From the NCBI RefSeq assembly GCF_900105015.1, contig NZ_FNLK01000010.1, positions 60,001-92,000 on the forward strand: 32,000 bases of DNA. Reading direction: 5' to 3'. The notes below the pieces were generated by a model. The model worked only from the letters and a program-made list of their open reading frames with translations, had not been told where the DNA came from and did not search any database. Origin of the DNA: Schaalia meyeri. Lineage in GTDB: Bacteria; Actinomycetota; Actinomycetes; Actinomycetales; Actinomycetaceae. Of the stretch, positions 17,601 through 25,433 are shown piece after piece. The position numbers and the translations under genes were made by a program. Every line of letters starts with the position of its first letter. The first letter of the stretch is position 1.

Positions 17601-20461
17601 TGTCCAACGATGTCGACCCCGACGGTGATTCGCTGTCCCTGGATGAGGGCGGGCTGTCCACCGCGACATCCGAATTGGCGCCGCAGGTGCGTTCGGCCTC
17701 GACGATCCAGGTGCGCACCCCCTCGGAGCCCGGCAGCTACGCGGTGGCTTACACGGTCTCGGATGGGCGCGGCGGGTCCGCGGTGGGCCTGGCCACCATC
17801 TACGTGTCCCCCGACGTTGCCCTGAAGGCGCCCGTCGCGCGCGACGATTATGTTGCCTACACGGAACTGCCCGACGACGGATCGGCGGTGCGCGTGCGCG
17901 TCACCGAGAACGACGAGGATGCTGATGGATCGGTCGACGAGCTGACGGTCACCACCGGTGAAGACGGGGTGAGCGTGAACGGCCAGGACCTGCTGATCCC
18001 CGTCTCCGACCAGCTCCGCCTGGTCGTCTACACCGTGACCGACCGTGACGGCTTGACCAACTCCGCCGTCGTGACGGTCCCCGGACGCAACACGACCGCC
18101 CCCTTCCTGAACAACGCGAATCTGCCCATCGAGGTGGACGCGGGCACCCAGCGCACGATCAGCCTCTCCGACTATGTGACGGTGCGTTCGGGCCGCTCCC
18201 CGCGGCTCGCGGCGGACTCCTCCCCGCTCGCTCAAACGGGCCTGGACTCCGTGGTCGCCGGGGGAGACTCGCAGCTGACGATCAGCGCATCCCAGGGTTT
18301 CTCCGGTCATACGGCCTTTGCCATCCAGGTGAGCGACGGAGACGACAGCGGTGCGCTCTCCGCGACCCTGTCCGTGCCCGTGCACGTGCGCGCCACCCAG
18401 AACCAACCCCCCACGTTTACGCCGACCACCGTGCGCGTCAAACCCGGGGGCAATCCCGTCAGCCAGAACCTGGCACTCGGCGTGTCCGATCCCGAGGGCG
18501 CCGACCCCTCAACCTTCACGTACGCGCTCGGGGCCGCCCCCGACGGTATCACCGCCTCGCTGTCGGGATCGACGCTGAGCGTTTCAGCCGCCGAGGGGAT
18601 ATCCCGCGGCCAGGTCGGTGCCATCGAGGTGACCGTGACCGACACGGACGGAAACTCCGTCTCCGGTTCCGTCCCCGTCGAGGTGGTGGATTCCACGAGG
18701 CCGCTGGTCTCTGTGCCCGCCACTTACCAGCTGCATACCCGGGTCGGCGAGAAGGTGACGATTGATGTTGCCCGTATAGCTACCAAACCGTCCCCGGATT
18801 CGTTGCTGGCCCTGGAGGGCCCGGCCACCACCTTAGGTAGTGCACAGGTTGATACCAAGGGCACGGAGGTGTCGATCACCCCGTTGAGCACCGAAACCGT
18901 CACGGTGACCTATCGCATCACCGACCGGTTGGGCGACCTCTCGCGCGCCGTACAGGGGACCCTCACCGTTACGGTGGACGGCGGCCCGCCGGATGCCCCG
19001 ACAAGCGTGCACGCCGAGCTCGTGGGAAAGAAAAAAGCCCGTGTTACCTTCACCCCGGGTAAAGACAAGGGCAGTAAAATTCAGGGCTACAGGGTGTATG
19101 CGACGACGGGCGAGGAGATGACCGCGGAATGCCCCCTCCGCGACGACCACGTCGTGTGCAAGGTCAAGGGCCTAGAATTGGGGCGGGACTACTCTTTCAC
19201 CGTCGTTGCCCGTAACGCGGACGGCGAATCGAAGCACTCACTCCCCTCGAATCCGATTACGACGAGCGACAAACCGGGTCAGATGGTTCGCCCCATCGTG
19301 ACCCCTGGCGACTCCGAGCTGAAGGTGTCGTGGGTGCCTCCGGAGAGTAACGGCGGATACTCGATCGACCACTACGAGTTGAAAATTAACGATAAGGCCA
19401 CTGGTGTGCCCTACGACGACACGTCGGCCAACATTCCCGCCCTGAACGGGCGCGACTACTACGTGCAGGTTCGAGCGGTCAACCGCGCGGGCAAGGGCCC
19501 CTGGTCCCCGCCCGCCTGGGGCCGCCCACGCCCCTCGCACGTGAACCCCGATCAGCCGAGGGTCTCCCTGAACGCCCAGAGGGCTGCATCGGGAGAGGTC
19601 AGCGTGAGCGTCTCCTGGACGGTCGGCTCCAGCGGGGGCAGCGGCTGGGGCAATACGACGGTCAACGTGAATGGCGATCCCATCACCGTCCCCGGGGGCA
19701 TTCGCTCCTGGAAGGGAACGTTGCCAGCTTCGGTGAACAGCGTGACTGTGATCGTGACGGTCTCCAACGTCGAAGGGGATACCGCTACGTCCAGTCCGCA
19801 GACCAGGAGGGTGCCCCCGAATGGGCCGCCGCTGACACCGGACGCGCCGACCATTACCGCCACGGGTAATTCCGGCCAGCTTCTGGTCTCGAACGTCAGG
19901 GTCAAGCCCGGCAGGGGCTACGTGGCCGATGACCTGACCGTGTTCTGGGGCACGAGCGGGGAGGAATGCCAACAAAAGGCGCGCGCTCGCGACCCAAACC
20001 GGCACATCCACGGCACTAACTTCATCTGGCGGGGCGGCTCCGATACCAACGGGGTGCTCCAGAGGTTCTTCTTCTGCCAGATCTCCACGTCCGACGAGGT
20101 ATCGGACAGCGTGGTGGCTACCGGCACGCCGAAGGACAACAACGCCGGTGGAGACGAGAAAGACTGGGAGAACGTGGACATCCGCACGAAACGTGAAGAG
20201 ATCGACGGTGGCTTCGAGATAAAAATCAAGCACACCAAGGAGATCAAGGGCATGTGCAGGTACGGGTGTCGATTGAAGGTCGTTGATAGCGCGACCGGGA
20301 CAAGGATCTACACGCAGAGCGAGGTGATCGTTTCGGAGAACGAGACCCCGACCCTGCGTGCGTACTGGAACCAGCTGCCTTCGGACCCCAAGGAGTATCG
20401 CATCGGTTTGTACATCACCCTGTCGTCTGGGAGAGACATAATCAAGTACGTCGACCGTTAG
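14609..20461 (+). CDS. 1950-aa N-terminally anchored surface protein with cadherin/Ig-like Ca-binding repeats and FN3 domains
   Basis: Arg-rich N-terminus plus one TM helix (LPSAILMLIVGALCIAGIIY). This is followed by a ~330-aa domain with propeller-like DG(T)-repeats and an acidic linker (EESEEEQDSPE...). Roughly ten ~100-aa modules follow, at least 8 with recognisable NDxDxDGD-type motifs (LDNDSDLDGD, KNDTDPNGD, SNDVDPDGD, ENDEDADGS ...). Then come FN3-like modules (PPDAPTSV..GYRVYA..YSFTVVARN; SELKVSWVPPESNGG..YYVQVRAVN) and a ~190-aa Cys-containing C-terminal domain. Confidence 0.85.
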   Translation: MTARARRNVTSLRRRLPSAILMLIVGALCIAGIIYKGAEVTQVNVNDGGIWVTNKSKQMVGHLDYEARILDGALRTEATNFDVGQAAETVTVSDLSALTVSPVNVTQVALGSPTVLPPGASVMQGGDVLGVLNAADGTLWTTSAASPSSNNLSDGAALASNMGASAFVTGTDGTVYSLSASGTLTTVKHQGSIDETKTSQVSGIPEDARLTMTAVGDQVVALDTASNTLFLPGNKTLDLSAVGVESGGVLQQAGPKDNSVLLATASSLVEIPLRGGNPVITPAAEGAPSGHPAAPVRHEGCAYSAWSGSGAYIRSCDDPSANRQMIVDTLTTAQELVFRTNRKAIVLNDVAQGSVWLPDSNMVLMDNWDEVENQLEESEEEQDSPELTNEVADPEQREENTPPEAVDDDFGIRPGRSTVLPVLDNDSDLDGDVLTASPTSQPGWGSVVVARSGRALQIENVSASQTGSTSFSYEASDGQASASARVQVTIHPYGQNEAPVQLRSSTVKIGAGAQIQYQALSDWRDPDGDPIYLKDVQAPGGLNVSFIEDGTLTITEEGSAVGPKTVVLTVADDQGGEAHGELVVNVQEAGNLPPSANGDLFQAHPGETVTLDPLKNDTDPNGDPLSLAAVSGTPAGVTVTPDLDRGTIDFRAQQPGSYSFAYTVSDGLATTLGIIRVEVVAFSALPPVAENDTAVLPQGGSVLVNPLGNDYDPAGGILSVTSVDTSRAPGIQVALIERHLLRVTAHAGLSETVTFSYTVSNGQASATAEVTVIPGAPDRSDMPPILKPDRAKVRVGDIGTVSVLSNDRSPAGLNLQVESTLQYDQASPVGTPFVTGNQVRLEAGTTPGILEVIYTVIDSAGNRASSTVTFEVIPDSENNEAPRPRTLNAWTSAGQNVRIPVTLNGIDPDGDSVTLVGVDSSPTQGVATASTTWIDYTPNRGAVGTDTFTYTVEDRRGARASARVRVAISPAPSSNQNPVAVPDTVQARPDRVLTINVLSNDVDPDGDSLSLDEGGLSTATSELAPQVRSASTIQVRTPSEPGSYAVAYTVSDGRGGSAVGLATIYVSPDVALKAPVARDDYVAYTELPDDGSAVRVRVTENDEDADGSVDELTVTTGEDGVSVNGQDLLIPVSDQLRLVVYTVTDRDGLTNSAVVTVPGRNTTAPFLNNANLPIEVDAGTQRTISLSDYVTVRSGRSPRLAADSSPLAQTGLDSVVAGGDSQLTISASQGFSGHTAFAIQVSDGDDSGALSATLSVPVHVRATQNQPPTFTPTTVRVKPGGNPVSQNLALGVSDPEGADPSTFTYALGAAPDGITASLSGSTLSVSAAEGISRGQVGAIEVTVTDTDGNSVSGSVPVEVVDSTRPLVSVPATYQLHTRVGEKVTIDVARIATKPSPDSLLALEGPATTLGSAQVDTKGTEVSITPLSTETVTVTYRITDRLGDLSRAVQGTLTVTVDGGPPDAPTSVHAELVGKKKARVTFTPGKDKGSKIQGYRVYATTGEEMTAECPLRDDHVVCKVKGLELGRDYSFTVVARNADGESKHSLPSNPITTSDKPGQMVRPIVTPGDSELKVSWVPPESNGGYSIDHYELKINDKATGVPYDDTSANIPALNGRDYYVQVRAVNRAGKGPWSPPAWGRPRPSHVNPDQPRVSLNAQRAASGEVSVSVSWTVGSSGGSGWGNTTVNVNGDPITVPGGIRSWKGTLPASVNSVTVIVTVSNVEGDTATSSPQTRRVPPNGPPLTPDAPTITATGNSGQLLVSNVRVKPGRGYVADDLTVFWGTSGEECQQKARARDPNRHIHGTNFIWRGGSDTNGVLQRFFFCQISTSDEVSDSVVATGTPKDNNAGGDEKDWENVDIRTKREEIDGGFEIKIKHTKEIKGMCRYGCRLKVVDSATGTRIYTQSEVIVSENETPTLRAYWNQLPSDPKEYRIGLYITLSSGRDIIKYVDR

Positions 20462-20539
20462 GTCGGCTCTGCCAGCGGCCAGATCGGTTGACGACCCGAC
20501 GGACAAAAATACAACACGAACGAAGAGAAAAGGATACTC

Positions 20540-21505
20540 ATGTCACTGTCCATTGAGGACGCGACGCGTTTCGCCCAGGTTTTCAAGAGCCTCGTTAACG
20601 GTGTGTCCGTGGCGGTCTTGGATAAGCGCCAGGCCGTGCGGCTCGCGCTCACGACGATGTTCGCCGGCGGGCATCTGCTGCTTGAGGACGCCCCCGGCAC
20701 CGGCAAGACCGCGCTGGCACGCGCGATCAGCGCCGTCATTGATGGCACGCACTCGCGTATCCAGTTCACCCCGGACCTGCTGCCCTCGGACATCACGGGC
20801 GTCAACATGTTCAACCAGAAGACCGGCGAGTGGGTCTTCCACGCGGGCCCCGTTTTCGCGGAGATCGTCCTGGCGGACGAAATCAACCGCGCCTCGCCAA
20901 AGACGCAGTCCGCCCTCCTGGAGGTCATGGAGGAAGCTCAGGTCACGGTGGACGGCGTTCGCCGACCGGCCCCCCAGCCCTTCATGGTCATCGCTACCCA
21001 GAACCCCGTCGAGCAGGCCGGTACCTACCCGCTGCCTGAGGCCCAGCTGGATCGCTTCCTCATGAAGACCTCGATCGGCTACCCGTCGCGCAGCGCGATG
21101 ATCGACGTGCTGGACGGTTCGGCCGCGCCCGACCGTTCGAAGAACCTGCAGCCAATGGTCACGGGACGAGACATCGTCGCCTGGTCGTCCCTGGCGTCGG
21201 CGAACCACACGGACCGGGCCGTCCTGGACTACGTGGCCGCCCTGGCGGAGGCGACCCGTGAGGACGAGTCCTCGCTGCTGGGCGTGTCCACTCGCGGTGC
21301 GATCGGCATGGTGCGCTGCACCCGCGTGTGGGCGGCCGCGCAGGGGCGCAACTTCGTCCTGCCCGATGACGTCAAGGCACTCGCGGTGCCCGTGTGGGCA
21401 CACCGCATCGTCGTCGACCCGGACGCCGCGTTCTCCGGCGCGACCTCCGAGGGCGTCATCCAACGAGCTTTGACCTCGGTGCCTGCCCCGGCAGTGGGCG
21501 CCTAG
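20540..21505 (+). CDS. MoxR-family AAA+ ATPase
   Basis: 321 aa. Walker A DAPGTGKT, Walker B IVLADEINRASPKTQSALLEVMEE, and the MoxR-typical length and C-terminal lid. An AAGGA RBS is present. Confidence 0.9.
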   Translation: MSLSIEDATRFAQVFKSLVNGVSVAVLDKRQAVRLALTTMFAGGHLLLEDAPGTGKTALARAISAVIDGTHSRIQFTPDLLPSDITGVNMFNQKTGEWVFHAGPVFAEIVLADEINRASPKTQSALLEVMEEAQVTVDGVRRPAPQPFMVIATQNPVEQAGTYPLPEAQLDRFLMKTSIGYPSRSAMIDVLDGSAAPDRSKNLQPMVTGRDIVAWSSLASANHTDRAVLDYVAALAEATREDESSLLGVSTRGAIGMVRCTRVWAAAQGRNFVLPDDVKALAVPVWAHRIVVDPDAAFSGATSEGVIQRALTSVPAPAVGA

Positions 21506-21525
21506 GACGTCTATCGACAACCACG

Positions 21526-22755
21526 ATGGAAGGGAAGCGTTCGGAAAGCAACGACATGGTCTGGCACTCACGGGAGCAGGCCAGCGGTTCGCGTCCCCTC
21601 GCAAAGTTGGCGGGAGCGGTCACACCGATCGGATGGGCCGTTATCACGCTCATCTTCGTCGGCGTGGCGCTGGCAGCAGCACTCGAATGGGTCGAGGCCC
21701 TGGCGTGCGCGCTGGCGGGCGTCGTCACGTTGGTGCTGGCGGCCCTGCGCGTCGCGTGGAAGCCGCCGCACCTCGTGTCGATCCGCGTCCCTAACGAACG
21801 CATCGTCGCCGGACAGACGGCCGTCGGCGAGATCCTGGTGCGCAACGAGCGCTCCCGCCCCGTCCGATCCGGCATCATTGAGCTACCGATCGGGTCAGGC
21901 ACCGGCGAATTTGTCGTGCCCCCGTTGGGTGCCCGCAGGTCGTGGGACGAAATGTTCCTGATATCCTCGCGTCACCGTGGCCTCATCAACGTCGGGCCGG
22001 CGCGGTCGGTGCGATCCGACGCCCTGGGGCTCTTGCGCCGCGTGCGAGTGTGGGACGAACCCGTCGTCCTGCACGTGCACCCCCGAACGGTCCGCGTCCC
22101 TTTCGATGCGACCGGCTTTCAGCTGGACGTGGAGGGCGTGTCCACCGGCAAACTCTCCAGCTCGGACGTGTCGTTCCATGCGCTGCGTGACTACGAGCCG
22201 GGGGACGATCGCCGCGCCGTCCACTGGCAGTCGACCGCCCGTTTGGGCAAGCTCATCGTGCGCCAGTACGAAGAAACGCACCGTTCGCACCACGTCATCG
22301 TCCTGGACACGTCGCGCGACGCCTGGGATCACGATTCTTTCGAAACGGCCGTGTCGGTTGCGGCGTCGCTGGGCCTGGCTAACCTGCGCGAATCGCGTCC
22401 GGTGTCGGTAACCACGACCGACACGTGGCTGCCTTCCGGGGGCGCCATGCGTATGCTGGATGCCCTGTCCGAGGTGGGGGCCCGCTCCGGCGGCGATCTT
22501 TTCCTGCGCGTTCGCGAGGCCCTGGCTCAGCGCCCCGGCGTTTCCGCGCTCACGCTCGTGGTCGGTCCGAAGGTGACGGATGTGGATGCCGCGCACCTGG
22601 CGCGCCTGGCTCCCATCGATGTTCCCGTCTCCATCATCCGTATCGGCGGCGGCCGGGGCGGGCGTACGCGGCGGGATCTGGGGCGAGGGGTGCTCCTGGA
22701 CTGCTCCAAGCTGGATGACCTGCCGCGCATCATCGTCGCCGGGGGGCTGGCATGA
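21526..22755 (+). CDS. DUF58 (vWA-like) membrane protein, the usual MoxR partner
   Basis: Two N-terminal TM helices and the DUF58 signature ALRDYEPGDDRRAVHWQSTARLGKLIVRQYEE. The start is at ATG 21526 (alternative 21556). The track start at 21394 overlaps moxR. Confidence 0.8.
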   Translation: MEGKRSESNDMVWHSREQASGSRPLAKLAGAVTPIGWAVITLIFVGVALAAALEWVEALACALAGVVTLVLAALRVAWKPPHLVSIRVPNERIVAGQTAVGEILVRNERSRPVRSGIIELPIGSGTGEFVVPPLGARRSWDEMFLISSRHRGLINVGPARSVRSDALGLLRRVRVWDEPVVLHVHPRTVRVPFDATGFQLDVEGVSTGKLSSSDVSFHALRDYEPGDDRRAVHWQSTARLGKLIVRQYEETHRSHHVIVLDTSRDAWDHDSFETAVSVAASLGLANLRESRPVSVTTTDTWLPSGGAMRMLDALSEVGARSGGDLFLRVREALAQRPGVSALTLVVGPKVTDVDAAHLARLAPIDVPVSIIRIGGGRGGRTRRDLGRGVLLDCSKLDDLPRIIVAGGLA

Positions 22756-25433
22756 GCCGTAGCACCGTCGACACCAAGCCGCGTATCCAGCGGGTCGATC
22801 CCCAAGCGGGGCACCCAGCCCCCTCGCCCGTGTCGACCCAGCCCCGTTCGATGGACGTCCCGCCGCCAGAGTCGGCCAAGCCCCGGGGATCGGACGATGC
22901 CCGCGGCGCTTCGCAAGGCACGCGCCCCAAGACGACACGATCGCGCCTGCTGTCGGTCACGCAGCGCTTCGCGACGTATCGTTCGAAGCTGCCGATGTGG
23001 TCGCTCCTGGTGCTCGCCGTCCTGTTTGCCGGTCCGGTCGCCGCCTTTGAACCCGTCTTTGGCGGCGGAGTTGGCGCAATCGCCGCGGCTGCCGGTGTGG
23101 TCAGTGGCCTGTTGATTGCCGCCGCGTCGACCCGATGGCGGTGGGACGTGCTGACGACGGTGCTGAGCATCGTGGTCACGTATTTCCTGCTGGGCAGCGC
23201 GGCGGCGCTGCGCTCGGAGGCCCTGTTCGGTTTCCTGCCCACGGGACGGACACTGCAGGTCATGGTCCTGGGGTCTTTCCGCGCCTGGAAGGATCTGCTG
23301 ACTCTGACGGCACCCGTGTCCGTGTACTCGGGGCCCGCCCTGGTGCCGTGGATGAGTGGCCTGATCCTGGCCGTCGTCGCTGGCCTGATCACCGCGCGCG
23401 CAGGACGCGCGATTGTGGGTTCCATCCCCCTGGTGATCATGGCGGTTATCGCTGTGTTCTTTGGGCTGACGCGCCACCCGCTGCCCGTGTGGGTGGTGCT
23501 CGCCTGGTGGGCGCTGCTGGTCGCCTGGTGGGCAACGGCCGCCCAGTACCAGCGCATCACGCTGGGTCAGGACGTGCTGGTGGGGCGCACGGGATCCCGC
23601 GGAGGCGAGGCCACGGTCGGGCGCCGGTCTCGATCGACCGTGTACGTGGGGACGCGGATCGCTGGCGCGCTCATCACGCTGGCGGTCTCCGTGGGTGTGG
23701 CGCTGCCCGCCGCGTCCTTCCTGGGGGCGTCGGGTTCGCGCATCGTGGGCCGCGACCTGGTGAAGCCGCCCCTTGACGTTCAGGCGTACCCCTCTCCCAT
23801 GTCCTCGTTTCGTCACTACACGACCGACCTGAAGGACGAGGCGCTCCTGACCGTATCGGACCTGCCCGAGAACCAGCGTGTGCGCATCGCCGCGATGGAC
23901 GTGTACGACGGTACGACCTTCGGCATGTCCGAGAATCGCGGCGACGGCCACACGGGATACATTCTGGTGGAAACGACCATCCCCGGACGAGCCGAGGGTA
24001 CCTCCGTGACCACGGTGACCACGACTGGCCTGTCGGGTCCGTGGGTGCCCGTCCTGGGGGAGCCCTCCCAGATCGCCTTCACGGGCCCCAACTCGGCCGC
24101 GCAAAAGGCGGGGCTGCACGTCGATACGTGGGCGAACGCGGCCCTGACGACCGGCCCCGCCGGGACCATGAGCTACAACGTGACCACGGACTTTACTGCT
24201 CCCGTGCGCGACGAAGAACTGGCGAACCTGGTGGCGCTGCCGTCGACGTCGCAGGACACGAACGTGCCCGAGGGCATCAAGTCAAAGGCCGCGGATATCA
24301 CGCAGAACGCGGTAACGCCGCTGGCTGCCGCGCGCACGATCGAGCAGTATCTGGCGACGAACGGCTACTATCTCAACGAAAACACGCAGTTTTCGCGGCC
24401 GGGCGTGCGCACCGACCGCCTGGAGCGCATGCTCTTTTCGGACGAGAATCTGATAGGCGATGACCAGCAGTACACGGCCATCATGGCTCTCATGCTGCAC
24501 CAGCTGGGCATCAACGCGCGCGTCGTCATGGGCGCGTACCCGGAGGGCGGTTCCCAGGGTGGTGCTGCGACCCTGCGCGGATCGGACATCCGGGCGTGGG
24601 TGGAGGTCGAGTTCGCCGGTGGCGTGTGGGGGGTCTTCGATCCGACGCCGCCGCGTGACCACACGCCGCAGACGCAGGTTCCCAAGCCTCGTTCCGTGCC
24701 GCGCCCGCAGGTGCTCCAGCCCCCGGAGCCCCCGGAGCCCCCGGCCGAGCTGCCTCCGCCGACGAACGACCAGAACGCCGACCCGAACAAGCCCCCCGAG
24801 GCGGGCTTTCCGTGGAGGATCATTGCCGGTGTTTCGGGCGGCTTCCTGCTGCTCCTGCTGCCCCCGCTGGCGATCATAGCGTTCAAGGCGGGACGCCGCA
24901 GGCGCCGCCGCCGAGCACCCGCCGGTGACGCGCTGATCGGTTCGTGGGACGAGGTCGTGGACCTGGCCGCCGATTCCGGCCTGCGCATTGAGGTCGGGCG
25001 CACGCGTCAGGAGACCGCGTGGTCCCTGTCCTCCCAGTGGAAGCTCGGCGAGGATCCGGGCGATCCCTTTACCCTGGTGACGGGTGAGATGCGTCCCGGG
25101 GAGGATGGCTCGATATACTCCGTCGAAAACGCCGCCGCCGGGCAGGGGCGCTACGTGATCGACGGGTGGAGCCGCTTCGGCGGCGACGTACCGGCTCCGG
25201 TCGTCATCGCCCGCTATGCGGACGTGGCGAACTTCGCGTCTCACGGTGCCTCCCGTGACCGTGCGCGTGCCGCGTGGGTTCAGGTGGTTGCGCTGCGCAC
25301 GCAGGTGACCAAGCGCTTTGGCTTCTTTGCCCGCGTGCGCCAAGCGCTGTCCCTGCGCAGCCTGCGCATGCGTCATAAGCTGCGCCAAAGCGCCTCGGCT
25401 GCGCGCGCGACGCGAGAGGAGACACAGCAGTGA
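22752..25433 (+). CDS. Multi-pass transglutaminase-like membrane protein (TgpA-like architecture) with a non-canonical triad
   Basis: ATG overlaps the DUF58 stop (ATGA). There are about 6 N-terminal TM helices, then a TGase-like core (GDDQQYTAIMALMLHQLGINARVVMGAY ... DIRAWVEVEFAGGVWGVFDPTP). A Pro-rich linker, a further TM helix, an RRRRRRR stop-transfer and a C-terminal cytoplasmic domain follow. Confidence 0.75.
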   Translation: MSRSTVDTKPRIQRVDPQAGHPAPSPVSTQPRSMDVPPPESAKPRGSDDARGASQGTRPKTTRSRLLSVTQRFATYRSKLPMWSLLVLAVLFAGPVAAFEPVFGGGVGAIAAAAGVVSGLLIAAASTRWRWDVLTTVLSIVVTYFLLGSAAALRSEALFGFLPTGRTLQVMVLGSFRAWKDLLTLTAPVSVYSGPALVPWMSGLILAVVAGLITARAGRAIVGSIPLVIMAVIAVFFGLTRHPLPVWVVLAWWALLVAWWATAAQYQRITLGQDVLVGRTGSRGGEATVGRRSRSTVYVGTRIAGALITLAVSVGVALPAASFLGASGSRIVGRDLVKPPLDVQAYPSPMSSFRHYTTDLKDEALLTVSDLPENQRVRIAAMDVYDGTTFGMSENRGDGHTGYILVETTIPGRAEGTSVTTVTTTGLSGPWVPVLGEPSQIAFTGPNSAAQKAGLHVDTWANAALTTGPAGTMSYNVTTDFTAPVRDEELANLVALPSTSQDTNVPEGIKSKAADITQNAVTPLAAARTIEQYLATNGYYLNENTQFSRPGVRTDRLERMLFSDENLIGDDQQYTAIMALMLHQLGINARVVMGAYPEGGSQGGAATLRGSDIRAWVEVEFAGGVWGVFDPTPPRDHTPQTQVPKPRSVPRPQVLQPPEPPEPPAELPPPTNDQNADPNKPPEAGFPWRIIAGVSGGFLLLLLPPLAIIAFKAGRRRRRRRAPAGDALIGSWDEVVDLAADSGLRIEVGRTRQETAWSLSSQWKLGEDPGDPFTLVTGEMRPGEDGSIYSVENAAAGQGRYVIDGWSRFGGDVPAPVVIARYADVANFASHGASRDRARAAWVQVVALRTQVTKRFGFFARVRQALSLRSLRMRHKLRQSASAARATREETQQ

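Noticed and set aside
17156-20506. 416-aa and 422-aa minus-strand ORFs (plus smaller ones from 14591 on) antisense to the giant gene
   Set aside because: All lie inside the 1950-aa ORF, whose repeat and FN3 architecture is coherent. The antisense translations are Arg/Gly/Val/His-rich without motifs.
21394-21525. N-terminal extension of the DUF58 ORF overlapping the end of moxR
   Set aside because: The extension is Arg/Gly-rich and overlaps 112 nt of moxR. ATG 21526 (or 21556) lies just downstream of the moxR stop.
22527-25388. 530-aa and 368-aa minus-strand ORFs antisense to the transglutaminase-like gene
   Set aside because: Arg/Gly/His/Pro-rich shadow ORFs. The sense strand has TM helices, the TGase core and start/stop coupling to its neighbours.
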